A stretch of DNA of 63,748 nt, counting the filler. It is 16 parts of 16 records of this genome, joined end to end, with 100 filler letters (N's around TTAATTAATTAA, not from the genome) between each part and the next. Parts side by side here need not be neighbours in the genome. Positions count along the whole stretch, not along the records: positions 35,043 to 38,372 come from SRR11831580_2903; positions 38,473 to 40,668 come from SRR11831580_2905; positions 40,769 to 42,876 come from SRR11831580_2914; positions 42,977 to 48,252 come from SRR11831580_2916; positions 48,353 to 50,815 come from SRR11831580_2948; 11 more parts are not named here. One strand, given 5' to 3'. Below are positions 36,431 to 48,423 of the stretch, piece after piece. The first letter of the stretch is position 1, and the number at the start of each line of letters is the position of its first letter. Under the pieces are notes generated by a model. The model was given only the letters and a program-made list of their open reading frames with translations, did not search any database and had not been told where the DNA came from. Position numbers and translations under genes: made by a program.

Positions 36431-38336
36431 ATGTTCCACGCGCCGCTGAAGCCCAAAGCCCAAGTTTTGTTTGCTGGCAGTATAGCCCTTGACTTCTCTA
36501 CGTGTGGGAAGATGATGACGCAAGCCCCGTGCGGGCCCAATTGCGTTCGATCCGAAGGTACATCGGGACATGCATATACTGTCCGTCGTGCAGAAGTGGA
36601 ACCCGACTCGCCATTGCAATATTCATCGTTACATGGGGTTGGACGTGCATCTCCAAGCATCCATCCCAGCGGCGATTACGCTGCTTACGCTGTCTCCAGT
36701 AGCGTTGTTCTGTGGGCATTCCATGCAGATCGCCGACTCATACTCGACACGCATCACGGTCCGGTGACATCGACTGCATTCACCCCGGATGGCGTGTATG
36801 TCCTCGCCGGATCCGCAGGACCGCGGGCTGCTATCACTGTTTTCGATATTGCAGCGGGCGTTCCCACATATCATGCTGAATGTACACACCGGGGCTCAGA
36901 TGGCGCCTCCGTCGCGTGCATGAGTGTGTCGTCGGATTCGCGACTGCTGGCCGCCGTGGAAACACAGCAGAGCGGTCTCGCACATCTGTTTGTGTGGGAA
37001 TGGTCGCGCGGGTTTGCGTACGTTCTATTTCACAGGGGTGTTGTTTTTTGGCGTGTGTAGCAGGACGAGTGGTGCGAGTCTGCATCCGCTATCAACAAGC
37101 TCACTTTCTCTCTCTCATCCCCCTGGAATAGTCACACACCACCACCCCTGTTCGCCCCATGCACATAACCCCCGCCTGAATCTAACCCCCCATGTGTCCC
37201 CTTGCAGGCCTGTTGCGACCGAGTGTCTTCACGTGGTGCATGTGCCCACGGTGCTGTGGATGCCGCCCGGCCGCATTGTGACTGTGGCGAAGGAGGAGGT
37301 GTGCTTGTGGGGGTTGCGCGGGAGGGCGTTGGAGCGGCTGTCACGACGCGCGGCAGATGTGTCGCTGGTGCCAGGTACGGCTGTGGTGTGTGTGTTTTGG
37401 TGTGTATATGTGTGTGTTTGTGTGTCTTTGTTGCGATGCTGGTGAAAGATTAGATTTGTGAGATGCTGCTACCGCGACTTGCCCGGGTGACTTGGGCGAT
37501 GTTACTTGTTTGTAATAACAGTGTGTCTGGAACGAATCGTGGTGGTGGATGTGATCTCTGTGTGTCGGAGGTTGGCCCCGTGCGTACGTCTCACACCACC
37601 CGTGCTAGATTTCGTGGGAGCTGCCGTCAGTCCGAGCTCGGGTCTCCTCTACATTGCTTGCAACAGCGGCAAGCTCCTAGTGGTGGACGCCGCGCTGCAG
37701 CTGCTGGCCACGGTGGACTGTCCCGGTGTCCCCACAACTCTGACAGTGAGTGCGAACGCGGTGGTGGTCGGGGACCAGGCCGGCGCCCTGCACACGTTCA
37801 ACGCGACTAGTTTAGGTGTGTGCGTGAGGGGGGAATGCTCAGCATAACCCCTTTCTGTTCGTGTTGTTGTTGCTGATGCATGTGTATTGTATGGGTGTGT
37901 CTGTGTCTGTGTGTTTGGTGTAGTTCGGGAGCAGTCGTTACCCTTCCAGGACCAGGTTCGCGCTATGGTCGCTGCCGGTGGGTCGGTACGTCTTCGTGTT
38001 GTCGTGTTGCCTTACTGTTGTGTATGGTATGCCTCTCATTCGTTCAGATTGTGCGACTCTAAGCTATAACTAGCATGTGGTTTCATGTGGTTGTGTGCGC
38101 CTGTTGTTTAGGTGACTTCGTATTAGAACACTTGCGGCATGTGTTTGATATTTCCCGCGTGCGTGACGATTATCGTTCGGCAAAATGTTGCGATGTTGAC
38201 TGACTCTTGAAACGCCTATAGGACGTGGTGTACTCCGCGCCGATTACTGCACTAGCGGGCTCTCCCCGAATAATTCTCTGTCAGAGTGCTGACAATTTGC
38301 TGCTGGCGATGGACCTGGCGTCGCTCACGGTCTCAG
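36431..38336 (+). CDS. Eukaryotic WD40-repeat protein, partial; exons approx 36431-37017, 37208-37374, 37609-37815, 37924-37985, 38222-38336
   Basis: HHGPVTSTAFTPDGVYVLAGS..ITVFD, VACMSVSSDSRLLA..LFVWEW, AAVSPSSGLLYIA; frame-consistent GT-AG introns; start codon uncertain. Confidence 0.75.
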
Positions 38337-38472
38337 GTACGGTGGTTTCACCGTGATGCATTCACTATATTANNNNNNNNNNNNNNNNNNNNNNNNNNNN
38401 NNNNNNNNNNNNNNNNTTAATTAATTAANNNNNNNNNNNNNNNNNNNNNNNNNNNNNNNNNNNNNNNNNNNN

Positions 38473-40653
38473 CCCGCAATTCGCAACACCAACCCGGACG
38501 ACGAGACCTACTGTGACGCGCTTTTGAAGCTGTACGTTCCGCACCGGTCTGTAGACGAATTGAAAGTGCAATCGCAGAGCAGCTGTGCAACGTACGCTCA
38601 TATCTACCCAACGCTGCCACCGCGGATTCAAACCCTGATTCAGCACCTAGAGGTCACCGTTGCGGCGCGCAGCACCGGCACAGAGCGCACACAGGCAGAA
38701 CGAGAACTGGTTCCAGACAACGAGGACGCCCTATCCGATAACGACGACATAGCCGACCCCAGTGGCGACATGGACCGCGCTGATTTGCAACGCGCTCGCC
38801 CTGCAATGACTGCGGACGAATGGGCCGACAGCCAGATGGAAGATGCGCCGCCCATTGCCCCTGGTTCTCCGCACGATGCAGCACAAGTAGTGACGGACGC
38901 GATGTTTCACGAAGCAGAGAAGTTCATTAAACAGCAACAGACCCTTGCGCACAACGCCGCGTGCGTCCGCATTGGCAATCAGAATGAATCGCAAGATGAT
39001 CTCCGCGCGATGGTGTGCCAGCTGAACGAGGAGCAGACAGACAGCATCAGGCTCGTTCTCGACTCGATCGACAGAGGGGAACCGCTGAAGGCAATCGTGC
39101 ACGGGCCCGGCGGTGTGGGTAAATCGTACCTGATCAAAACGTTAGAAAAACTGGTGCAACTGCGCTTCCACGATGCAAACAACAGTGCGAGCGCACCAGT
39201 CGTGAGGAAGATGGCGCACACAGGCATCGTCGCTGCGCGCATGCGAGGTACAACGCTGGTGCACGGACTGTCTCTTCCCGCAATGCGGAATAGCTATAGC
39301 CCCAGCGACTTGGAGCTGCGCCAACGCCACACGCTCCACCAGCAATGGGCAGATGTTCGACTGCTGATTGTGGACGAATTCAGCTTCATCTCCGTCAACC
39401 TTCTGGGTGCCATTAGCATTCGGTTGCAAAACATCTTCAACAACACAAAAGACTTCGGCGGCGTACCGATTCTCTTCCTGGGCGACATTGCGCAGATCGC
39501 CCCGGTCATGGGGACGTCACTGGCTCGGTGTGCAATGCTCTCACCCAATGAACGCAACCTCGTGACACTGGAGGGCGCGAGGTTATGGCTTTCCATCGTC
39601 GATGTCGTCGAACTGCACCGCCCCATGCGGCAGCGCGAGGGTGACGACTTCGCACTCCTGTGTCGCGCTCGTTTCGCTCAGCTCACCACCGCAGACGTCG
39701 ACACACTGTCGCACTGTGTGCTGCCGGATCCCCCAGACCGTCTCAGCGAGTGCGTCTCCGACACAGCACCGTCACACGCCACGTGGATTCTGGGCCGCAA
39801 CTGCGACGTCGCTTGCCGCAACCGGAACTACCTGAGCTTGCTGCCCACACAGGAAGCTGTGCTACGTGCCGTTCACCACCCCACAAAGGCCACTGCGCGC
39901 TTGCGCTTGAGTGCCGACTCCATGAGAGCCGCCATGCAGCTGCTCACCGATGGTGAACACAATAATAATGAAGACAGTATTAACAGTGCCAAGGAAACAA
40001 AGAGCAAACTTTCCTCCCAATTCACGTGCAAAGTCGGCTCGAGAGTCCGATTGACCACCAATCTATGCGTGTCCCTGGGTCTAGCAAACGGTGCGATGGG
40101 CACGGTCACCGGCTTCCTTGTGAACGCTTCCAAGAGCTGGCACCACAGCACGAGTTCGACGCAGCACGTGGCCATGCAGATGCGCGGTACCGCCGCCCTA
40201 CCGGCTGTGTTGGTCTCGTTCGACGAAGACTGCTATTTCGGCTCAAGCTGGAGCGACGACGCCCCAAGGGTTGTACCTATATTTTCGATTTCGGTAAATG
40301 TGTTCGTCAACACCCGCTCTTTCGTTCGCGAGCAGGTGCCCTTGGTGCTTTGCGCCGCGCAGACGATCCACACGTGTCAAGGCTCAACACTTCCTGCGGT
40401 CGTCACCAAACTGAACGGCCTCTGGGAGGCAGGCCAAGCGTACGTAGCGATCAGCCGTGTCACCGACCTGCGTAACCTGTACTTGCTAGCTAGCTGTGGC
40501 GACTCCGCCGAAGCAGTCAACGCAGTATTCAACCCGCGGCCAAACGTGTTGGCCGCAATCGTGGCCGAGAACGCCAGACTGGCGGCCTTGTCACAGCTGA
40601 CAAAGTGCCGCTTGTCAGATGTAACGGTGGAGTTAATGTCTGTGAGGTCGTAA
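38473..40653 (+). mobile_element. Pif1-family (SF1B) helicase, 5'-truncated; probable C-terminal half of a Helitron2/Helentron-type RepHel transposase
   Basis: Open from contig edge. Motifs GPGGVGKS, AHTGIVA..GTT, IVDEFS, FGG..FLGDIAQIAPV, MRQ, VGSRVRLTTN..GLANGAMGTV, REQVPL..TIHTCQGSTL, GQAYVAISRV; upstream ETYCDALLKLYVPHR. Helicase call is strong, transposon call is inference. Confidence 0.7.
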
Positions 40654-40768
40654 GTGACAGGGCCGGTTNNNNNNNNNNNNNNNNNNNNNNNNNNNNNNNN
40701 NNNNNNNNNNNNTTAATTAATTAANNNNNNNNNNNNNNNNNNNNNNNNNNNNNNNNNNNNNNNNNNNN

Positions 40769-40986
40769 CGCCGCAATTTTTCCCTCGTGAGCTGTTACAT
40801 GACTGTCTGACGCGCGCTCTAAATGAAGGCGCGACTATTACCGACGAAGCCTCGGCGCTGGAATATTGCGGATTCCATCCTCAGTTGGTCGAAGGCCGTG
40901 CGGATAACATTAAAGTCACGCGCCCGGAAGATTTGGCACTGGCCGAGTTTTACCTCACCCGAACCATCCATCAGGAGAATACATAA
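40769..40986 (+). CDS. ispD: IspD C-terminal fragment
   Basis: [32 protein letters not shown]. Confidence 0.93.
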
Positions 40987-41465
40987 TGCGAATTGGACAC
41001 GGTTTTGACGTACATGCCTTTGGCGGTGAAGGCCCAATTATCATTGGTGGCGTACGCATTCCTTACGAAAAAGGATTGCTGGCGCATTCTGATGGCGACG
41101 TGGCGCTCCATGCGTTGACCGATGCATTGCTTGGCGCGGCGGCGCTGGGGGATATCGGCAAGCTGTTCCCGGATACCGATCCGGCATTTAAAGGTGCCGA
41201 TAGCCGCGAGCTGCTACGCGAAGCCTGGCGTCGTATTCAGGCGAAGGGTTATACCCTTGGCAACGTCGATGTCACTATCATCGCTCAGGCACCGAAGATG
41301 TTGCCGCACATTCCACAAATGCGCGTGTTTATTGCCGAAGATCTCGGCTGCCATATGGATGATGTTAACGTGAAAGCCACTACTACGGAAAAACTGGGAT
41401 TTACCGGACGTGGGGAAGGGATTGCCTGTGAAGCGGTGGCGCTACTCATTAAGGCAACAAAATGA
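40986..41465 (+). CDS. ispF: 2-C-methyl-D-erythritol 2,4-cyclodiphosphate synthase
   Basis: [26 protein letters not shown]. Confidence 0.98.
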
Positions 41466-42511
41466 TTGAGTTTGATAATCTCACTTACCTCCACGGTAAA
41501 CCGCAAGGCACCGGGCTGCTGAAAGCCAATCCGGAAGACTTTGTGGTGGTGGAAGATTTGGGCTTTGAGCCTGATGGTGAAGGTGAGCATATTCTGGTTA
41601 GAATCCTCAAAACCGGCTGCAATACCCGTTTTGTGGCGGATGCACTGGCGAAATTCCTGAAAATTCATGCCCGTGAAGTCAGCTTCGCTGGGCAAAAAGA
41701 CAAACATGCTGTTACGGAACAGTGGTTATGCGCTCGCGTGCCGGGCAAGGAAATGCCCGATCTGAGCGCCTTTCAACTGGAAGGCTGCCAGGTGCTGGAG
41801 TATGCGCGGCACAAGCGCAAGCTGCGTTTAGGCGCGCTGAAAGGTAACGCCTTTACCCTGGTTCTGCGCGAAGTGAGCAATCGCGATGACGTTGAACAAC
41901 GTCTGATCGATATTTGCGTAAAAGGTGTACCGAACTACTTCGGTGCCCAACGTTTTGGGATTGGCGGTAGCAACTTGCAGGGGGCGCAGCGCTGGGCGCA
42001 AACCAATACTCCGGTGCGCGATCGCAATAAACGGAGTTTTTGGTTGTCGGCAGCCCGCAGTGCGTTGTTTAATCAGATTGTTGCTGAGCGCCTCAAAAAA
42101 GCAGACGTTAATCAAGTTGTTGACGGCGATGCGCTACAATTAGCCGGACGTGGTAGCTGGTTTGTCGCAACCACCGAAGAACTGGCGGAATTACAGCGTC
42201 GCGTCAACGATAAAGAGTTGATGATAACCGCCGCATTGCCAGGCAGTGGCGAATGGGGAACTCAGCGTGAAGCGCTGGCATTCGAACAAGCAGCTGTCGC
42301 CGCAGAAACTGAATTACAAGCTTTACTGGTGCGCGAAAAAGTTGAAGCCGCGCGCAGAGCGATGCTGCTGTATCCGCAACAATTAAGCTGGAATTGGTGG
42401 GATGACGTCACCGTAGAGATCCGTTTCTGGCTTCCGGCGGGTAGTTTTGCAACCAGCGTTGTCAGGGAACTTATCAACACAACAGGTGATTATGCGCATA
42501 TTGCTGAGTAA
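41462..42511 (+). CDS. truD: tRNA pseudouridine(13) synthase
   Basis: [30 protein letters not shown]. Confidence 0.97.
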
Positions 42512-42876
42512 TGATGACGGGGTACATGCACCCGGTATACAAACGCTGGCGAAAGCCTTGCGTGAGTTTGCTGACGTTCAGGTGGTCGCCCCCGATCGTA
42601 ACCGCAGCGGCGCTTCAAATTCTCTGACACTGGAATCCTCCCTGCGCACGTTTACCTTTGAAAATGGTGATATTGCTGTGCAAATGGGAACCCCGACCGA
42701 TTGCGTCTATCTTGGCGTGAATGCTCTGATGCGTCCGCGCCCGGACATTGTTGTGTCCGGAATTAACGCCGGGCCGAATCTGGGGGATGATGTTATTTAT
42801 TCCGGTACGGTAGCCGCCGCGATGGAAGGCCGTCATTTAGGTTTTCCGGCGCTTGCCGTCTCGCTTGACGGGCATA
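42492..42876 (+). CDS. surE: 5'/3'-nucleotidase SurE, 3'-truncated
   Basis: [30 protein letters not shown]. Confidence 0.96.
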
Positions 42877-42976
42877 NNNNNNNNNNNNNNNNNNNNNNNN
42901 NNNNNNNNNNNNNNNNNNNNTTAATTAATTAANNNNNNNNNNNNNNNNNNNNNNNNNNNNNNNNNNNNNNNNNNNN

Positions 42977-43744
42977 GAAGGTATCCTGCGCAAAATTATG
43001 GGCAACACGCTTGCAACTCAGGCAGTACAGGAAATTAAACACTCCCTGGATCATGGCCGCAAAACCGGTGGTCGTCTGCTGATGTTTGGCGTGGGCGTGA
43101 TTGTAATCGGCGTAATGCTCTCCATCTTCCAGCAATTTGTCGGCATCAATGTGGTGCTGTACTACGCGCCGGAAGTGTTCAAAACGCTGGGGGCCAGCAC
43201 GGATATCGCGCTGTTGCAGACCATTATTGTCGGAGTTATCAACCTCACCTTCACCGTTCTGGCAATTATGACGGTGGATAAATTTGGTCGTAAGCCACTG
43301 CAAATTATCGGCGCACTCGGAATGGCAATCGGTATGTTTAGCCTCGGTACCGCGTTTTACACTCAGGCACCGGGTATTGTGGCGCTACTGTCGATGCTGT
43401 TCTATGTTGCCGCCTTTGCCATGTCCTGGGGTCCGGTATGCTGGGTACTGCTGTCGGAAATCTTCCCGAATGCTATTCGTGGTAAAGCGCTGGCAATCGC
43501 GGTGGCGGCCCAGTGGCTGGCGAACTACTTCGTCTCCTGGACCTTCCCGATGATGGACAAAAACTCCTGGCTGGTGGCCCATTTCCACAACGGTTTCTCC
43601 TACTGGATTTACGGTTGTATGGGCGTTCTGGCAGCACTGTTTATGTGGAAATTTGTCCCGGAAACCAAAGGTAAAACCCTTGAGGAGCTGGAAGCGCTCT
43701 GGGAACCGGAAACGAAGAAAACACAACAAACTGCTACGCTGTAA
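42977..43744 (+). CDS. xylE: D-xylose:H+ symporter, C-terminal half
   Basis: QQFVGINVVLYY, DKFGRK, SEIFP, PETKGKTLEE. Confidence 0.95.
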   Translation, partial: EGILRKIMGNTLATQAVQEIKHSLDHGRKTGGRLLMFGVGVIVIGVMLSIFQQFVGINVVLYYAPEVFKTLGASTDIALLQTIIVGVINLTFTVLAIMTVDKFGRKPLQIIGALGMAIGMFSLGTAFYTQAPGIVALLSMLFYVAAFAMSWGPVCWVLLSEIFPNAIRGKALAIAVAAQWLANYFVSWTFPMMDKNSWLVAHFHNGFSYWIYGCMGVLAALFMWKFVPETKGKTLEELEALWEPETKKTQQTATL

Positions 43745-43754
43745 TCTTCCTGTC

Positions 43755-43789
43755 CAGCACGCCGCGCCATTTCGGCGTGCTGACTTTTT
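43755..43789 (+). terminator. Rho-independent terminator between xylE and psiE
   Basis: CAGCACGCCG-cgccattt-CGGCGTGCTG followed by ACTTTTT. Confidence 0.75.
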
Positions 43790-44198
43790 ACTCCCGCTTC
43801 AGCCGTTTCGAATTACACAGCCACAGGGTGATCACCAGTAACAGGATCGCAGCCGAGTAGATCAACACATCCAGTGGCGATTTATGATCGACGATGATCA
43901 AGCGCACAATGGCGGTGATCCCAATATAGACAAAGTAACGTAGCGGGAAGTGAAAACCGGACTGAAAGTACTTCACAATCAGCGCGATAAATTCGAAATA
44001 GAGAAAGTAAACCACCAGTCCTTCTACCAGCTCATATTTGCTGGTTTGTTCTGGCGCGAACAGCACATCAGCCAGATGCACCGTTTCTTTGCCGAGGAAG
44101 ACAACCAAAATCAGGCCGAGGCACAGCAGGCCAAGATTGAGTACGGTCTGCAAAATGGTGGAGATAAACTCCACGCGCGGACGAGAGAGTGACGTCAT
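43788..44198 (-). CDS. psiE: Phosphate-starvation-inducible membrane protein PsiE
   Basis: 136 aa, [20 protein letters not shown]. Confidence 0.95.
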
Positions 44199-44328
44199 AG
44201 CAGTACCTCCTTCACAGTGGCGAGCTTCCTGTATAACGCAAAAATGTGACGGAGATCTATATTTTTGTGTATGTTTTGTTCAACCTGGATTTGGAGCGCG
44301 CCTCCACCAAAGCCGGATATACCTACCC

Positions 44329-44366
44329 GTAGGCCGGATAAGCCGCGCCTGGCGGCGCATCCGGCA
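44329..44366. repeat. REP element
   Basis: GTAGGCCGGATAAGCCGCGCCTGGCGGCGCATCCGGCA. Confidence 0.8.
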
Positions 44367-44466
44367 AGACAAACCGCACCAAAGCCGGTAATTCAAAAAT
44401 CACCCATTCAGGTGATTCCCAGCCACCAGCAATGCGCGAAAAATCGACAATGTTCCTCTGGAACAA

Positions 44467-44745
44467 ATGAAACGTAACCTGATAAAGGTGGTAAAAATGA
44501 AGCCTTATTTTGCTGCTTTGATGTTATCAGTCTCTGTTCTTCCTGCTTATGCTGGTCCGCTCGGTACTGCTGATAAAGCCGACCTACCGCAAAGCAATGT
44601 CTCCAGCCCAATGATGGCCCAGTCGCTCAGGCAACCAGACCTGCAACCGATATCGACGGACAGGAAGACAGAATGTTTTCGCCTTTACACACCAGATCGC
44701 AAACCGGGAGTGAACTGCGTTCCTGATGGCTCGACAGGCCATTAA
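44467..44745 (+). CDS. yjbT: Small exported protein YjbT
   Basis: 92-aa ORF with signal-like segment between psiE and yjbH. Confidence 0.8.
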   Translation: MKRNLIKVVKMKPYFAALMLSVSVLPAYAGPLGTADKADLPQSNVSSPMMAQSLRQPDLQPISTDRKTECFRLYTPDRKPGVNCVPDGSTGH

Positions 44746-44750
44746 GAATG

Positions 44751-44784
44751 AAGGTGCCAGTGAGTGCGAAAACTGGCACCTTTC
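44751..44784. terminator. Hairpin between convergent yjbT and yjbH
   Basis: AAGGTGCCAGT-gagtgcgaaa-ACTGGCACCTT. Confidence 0.65.
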
Positions 44785-44791
44785 CCATGAC

Positions 44792-46888
44792 TTAGCGGAA
44801 ATTGACGCTACGGTCGCTGGTCATGTCATACAACTGGAACTTACGCCCAAGTTGCTGACCACCGTCACGCGTCAGCGGCGTCCAGCCAATCGCCGCACGG
44901 CTGCGTGTCGGGCCAGACGAGAAGAGATCCAACGGTACCGAGACATACACGCCTTTGGTGAAGTCCCCTTCGCCGTACTCCTCTTTCGAAACATTAGTGA
45001 TCGTGGCATAGCCACCCACCACCACGCCGCTATCAAAGCGTTTGGCGATCTCCAGCGTGCCGCCTTTATCCCCTGCCAGATACTGCCCGACGCTGGCTTT
45101 AACTAACACATCCTGAGCGAAAGATGGCGTCCAGTAGGCGGTCAGATGTCCGGTTTTCACGCTGTAGTCGGTGAATTTCATCATATCTTTTGCACTACGC
45201 CAGTCGCGCTGTTTAACGTAGTTGGCATCCAGACCAAACGCCCAGTTGCTGTCCAGCGGGCGATACAACACTTCTGCCCCCGCACCGCCAAACATGGTTT
45301 CGAGATAACCACCGTAGACCTGACCGTAGAAGCCGTTGCCCAGATGCTGGAAGTAGTTGGCTTGCAGGTTATTCACATAGACATCGTTCTGCACATACTC
45401 GCGCACATGGGTACGCACGCGCGGTAAGTGCGAGTCCTGCGGAGGATTAGTGTAGTTAAACTTGTCGTAGTTGTTGGCAAGATTTGCAAACAGGCTGCCG
45501 GTGGTCAGCAGATGGTCCGTCAGCCACAAATCTGCCGTTCCCATCACGCCCAGCTGATACATGTAAAAGTTTTCCGGGCCACCGACCGACTGGTTCAGCA
45601 CCGGATCGATATGGAAATCAAAGCGTGATTTGTCGATATACCAGCCCTGCTCGGTGGACTGCGGAACCACTGGCTCGACGCGTTTTTGCGCCAGCGTCGT
45701 TTCGTGGCCCAACGGCTCTCCGGCGAGATGATTTTTCAGGCTGGCGACATCGGTTTCCGTCGTCACCTGCGGCATGTTAAGGCGATTTTCCGTAATGCGG
45801 ATCGTTTTGATCCCATCCGGCAGATCGTTCATCACGATCCGATTCGCACGGATGATCCCTTCGCGCGAATCACGATATTTCACCTGCTCGCCGGTAACAT
45901 ACAGCGTATCGCCTTTCGCCTGGATCTGTGGATCGGCAAGTCCGGCATTGTATTTCAACAGCGTTAACTGATTCGCCACCACCGAATGCTGCAAAATGGC
46001 ATCCTGCGGCTGCGGTTGATATTGCGGGCGGGCGTTATCGTTGTAAGACGGGCGCAGATCGTTAAAGTTGGTGCGCAACGTAACGCCAAACATAAAGGTG
46101 TTGCCACGTTCATAGCTAAGGTTAACGTCGGCCCAATCGGTAACGCGATAAATCGCACCGACGTTAAACTTACTTTTTTGCTCCAGCTTCCCGGCAAAAT
46201 CCTGCTGATAATTATTGCCTTCATACTCCAGTTTCAGGCGCAGCGGTTGCCAGGGCGTCTGGTATTCCACGCCGCCAAACAGTGAGGCAGGACCGTGGAA
46301 CATCTGGCTACCGTCGATAGATCCCGCCTGTTTGTAGCTGTTATCGCGATAGCAATATTTATCACTGGCTGAACAGAGCGGATTTTTCACATTACCGCTG
46401 GTGCCCAAATACCCCCAGCCCAGGCCGAGCGTAAAATCGAACGGCCCCCAGGCTTTGCTGGCAACAAGATATTCCGCATCAAACAGCCCCGTACCGCCGA
46501 TATCCCGCGCACCAACCGCCACTTGCGGCAGCCAGTAACTCTCTTCCCACAAACGCAGTTTGAGATCGAAGGCTTTATCTTTATACGTTTGATCGCCAGA
46601 GAACGCTTCGACGCTGCTGTACTGCCGGGTGCGCACGTCGGTGTAGCGCAGCGTTGTTTCCAGCCACGGGAAGAGTTGCACTGAAGCTGAGTAATAACGG
46701 TACTGATCGTTATCGCGATAGTTCAGACTCAACTCCCCTTCCCGTGCCATACGCGCGGTGGGCGTTTGTAATAATCCTACGCCACCGAAATCCGACTGCG
46801 ACGGACCAATGGGCGCAGGATATGTTTCGCCGTAGCAAGCTGTGCTAATGCCCAGCGCCAGTAAGCTAAGCAGATGTCTTTTTTTCAT
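44792..46888 (-). CDS. yjbH: YjbH outer-membrane exopolysaccharide export protein (GfcD paralogue)
   Basis: 698 aa, lipobox [18 protein letters not shown]. Confidence 0.94.
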   Translation of the reverse strand: MKKRHLLSLLALGISTACYGETYPAPIGPSQSDFGGVGLLQTPTARMAREGELSLNYRDNDQYRYYSASVQLFPWLETTLRYTDVRTRQYSSVEAFSGDQTYKDKAFDLKLRLWEESYWLPQVAVGARDIGGTGLFDAEYLVASKAWGPFDFTLGLGWGYLGTSGNVKNPLCSASDKYCYRDNSYKQAGSIDGSQMFHGPASLFGGVEYQTPWQPLRLKLEYEGNNYQQDFAGKLEQKSKFNVGAIYRVTDWADVNLSYERGNTFMFGVTLRTNFNDLRPSYNDNARPQYQPQPQDAILQHSVVANQLTLLKYNAGLADPQIQAKGDTLYVTGEQVKYRDSREGIIRANRIVMNDLPDGIKTIRITENRLNMPQVTTETDVASLKNHLAGEPLGHETTLAQKRVEPVVPQSTEQGWYIDKSRFDFHIDPVLNQSVGGPENFYMYQLGVMGTADLWLTDHLLTTGSLFANLANNYDKFNYTNPPQDSHLPRVRTHVREYVQNDVYVNNLQANYFQHLGNGFYGQVYGGYLETMFGGAGAEVLYRPLDSNWAFGLDANYVKQRDWRSAKDMMKFTDYSVKTGHLTAYWTPSFAQDVLVKASVGQYLAGDKGGTLEIAKRFDSGVVVGGYATITNVSKEEYGEGDFTKGVYVSVPLDLFSSGPTRSRAAIGWTPLTRDGGQQLGRKFQLYDMTSDRSVNFR

Positions 46889-47625
46889 TATTGAGGTATC
46901 CGCTGCGTCAGAGTCTGAAGAATGTCGGCGTTAAGGGCATCAGGCGTCTCACTCCAGACGGAGTCCGCGAGGCCAACATAAATAATGCTGCCGGGCATCG
47001 GCTCTACGTGACGCTTGTTCCAGTAAGCCACCGGCGCTTTTTGCGTGCGTCCGTCCGGGTAAACCACCCACGCGTAGCTGCGATCCGCACCGCTGAGCAG
47101 GCTCTGGTCAGAGAGATAGCTCGCCACGTCGCGACCTGGAGTGAATGGCTGCTTGCCAGGACGGCTGATAAGCCCGAACAACGTGACCGTGGACGGCGGT
47201 GGTCCGACCCACAGCGTGTAGTTGCCCTGCAACGGCGGGTTACCGCGTTCGGCAACGCGGACGATATCGGGATCAAGATTGATTTTTTGCCTGCCCGTCA
47301 CTTTCAACGCCTGAATTTGCTGGCGTAAGGCGTTAATCGCAGCGGCATCGTCGGCGCTGGAATCTGCGCCCTGTTCTGCCAGCCGTGTCAGCAACGCCTG
47401 CTGCTGACGCAATGCTGCCGCCGTTGCCAGCTCTTCGCTAATCACCGCACCGGGCCACCAGCTGTTTGCCAGCCGCGGTTGGCCTACCAGATCGATTAAA
47501 TGCTCTGCGCCCGTTAGCGTTTTGGCCTCACTGCTGCCATTGCTGAACACCTTGACGGTTCCTGCCGCGAAGACCGATGACGCTCCCACACTCAAAAGCA
47601 ACGCGACAATAGTTTGTTTAATCAT
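46888..47625 (-). CDS. yjbG: YjbG periplasmic capsule-biosynthesis protein (GfcC-like)
   Basis: 245 aa from [10 protein letters not shown]; operon order. Confidence 0.92.
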   Translation of the reverse strand: MIKQTIVALLLSVGASSVFAAGTVKVFSNGSSEAKTLTGAEHLIDLVGQPRLANSWWPGAVISEELATAAALRQQQALLTRLAEQGADSSADDAAAINALRQQIQALKVTGRQKINLDPDIVRVAERGNPPLQGNYTLWVGPPPSTVTLFGLISRPGKQPFTPGRDVASYLSDQSLLSGADRSYAWVVYPDGRTQKAPVAYWNKRHVEPMPGSIIYVGLADSVWSETPDALNADILQTLTQRIPQ

Positions 47626-48252
47626 TGTTTTGCCGCCTTGATGAGAGTGGTTTTCACCGGAAAATAATCCGCGCCGAGATACTGTTCCGACTGGCGAATT
47701 TGCCCTTCGCTGTCGATCCAATAGCGGTTATGCCAGCGCGCCTGGTCGGTGGAGACTTCTTCGTCCAGCACGCGAACCGGGGTTTCATCGCTGCCGACTT
47801 TGACGGTATCGGTGCCATCCCATTTGAAGACTGAGCGTGCGGTGGCGTAGCGTACCTGCTGGTACTCGGTCCAGCCCATCGTGCGCGTCCAGCTTGCGCC
47901 ATCAACGATTTGTGCGGGTTTAATCAGCGGGTCGGCAGCAAGGTTATTCACTTCAATCAGGTTGTCGCCGCCGAGCAGAGTCTTCACCAGACGGCCATGT
48001 TGGGTAACGAGAGTAGCCTGATCCTGAGTGACCCATTTTTGTTGTCCGTCTTCAGCGAAGGCCAGCACCACAAATAACTGCGGCCCGCCATTAAGCTGCA
48101 TGTACTGGCTGGCGTAGGGCATATTTTGAATATCATCATCCGTCAGCTGTACGCCTGGCGTGCCGAACAGACTGTCCCACAGTGAATTGCCCAGCTCTTT
48201 AGTCGTGGCTGAACAGGCCTGTAATAACAGGCAGATAAGAATGAGTGCAGGT
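47622..48252 (-). CDS. yjbF: YjbF lipoprotein, missing first few codons
   Basis: PALILICLLLQACSAT lipobox at contig edge, MPYASQY. Confidence 0.92.
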
Positions 48253-48423
48253 NNNNNNNNNNNNNNNNNNNNNNNNNNNNNNNNNNNNNNNNNNNNTTAA
48301 TTAATTAANNNNNNNNNNNNNNNNNNNNNNNNNNNNNNNNNNNNNNNNNNNNCAGTTGGGAATAAGAATATATACATTGAGTGAGCGCGTGCAGTACGAC
48401 ATTACAATTTGAACGTGCTCCGA

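Noticed and set aside
34252..41465. T2SS next to flippase, WD40 and helicase genes as horizontal transfer or a novel system
   Set aside because: The blocks are separated by artificial spacers, so there is no evidence of physical linkage
41609..41614. TruD reads LKTGCNT where I recall LKNGCNT
   Set aside because: Single change at an A/C homopolymer boundary, consistent with 454 error; the comparison is from memory only
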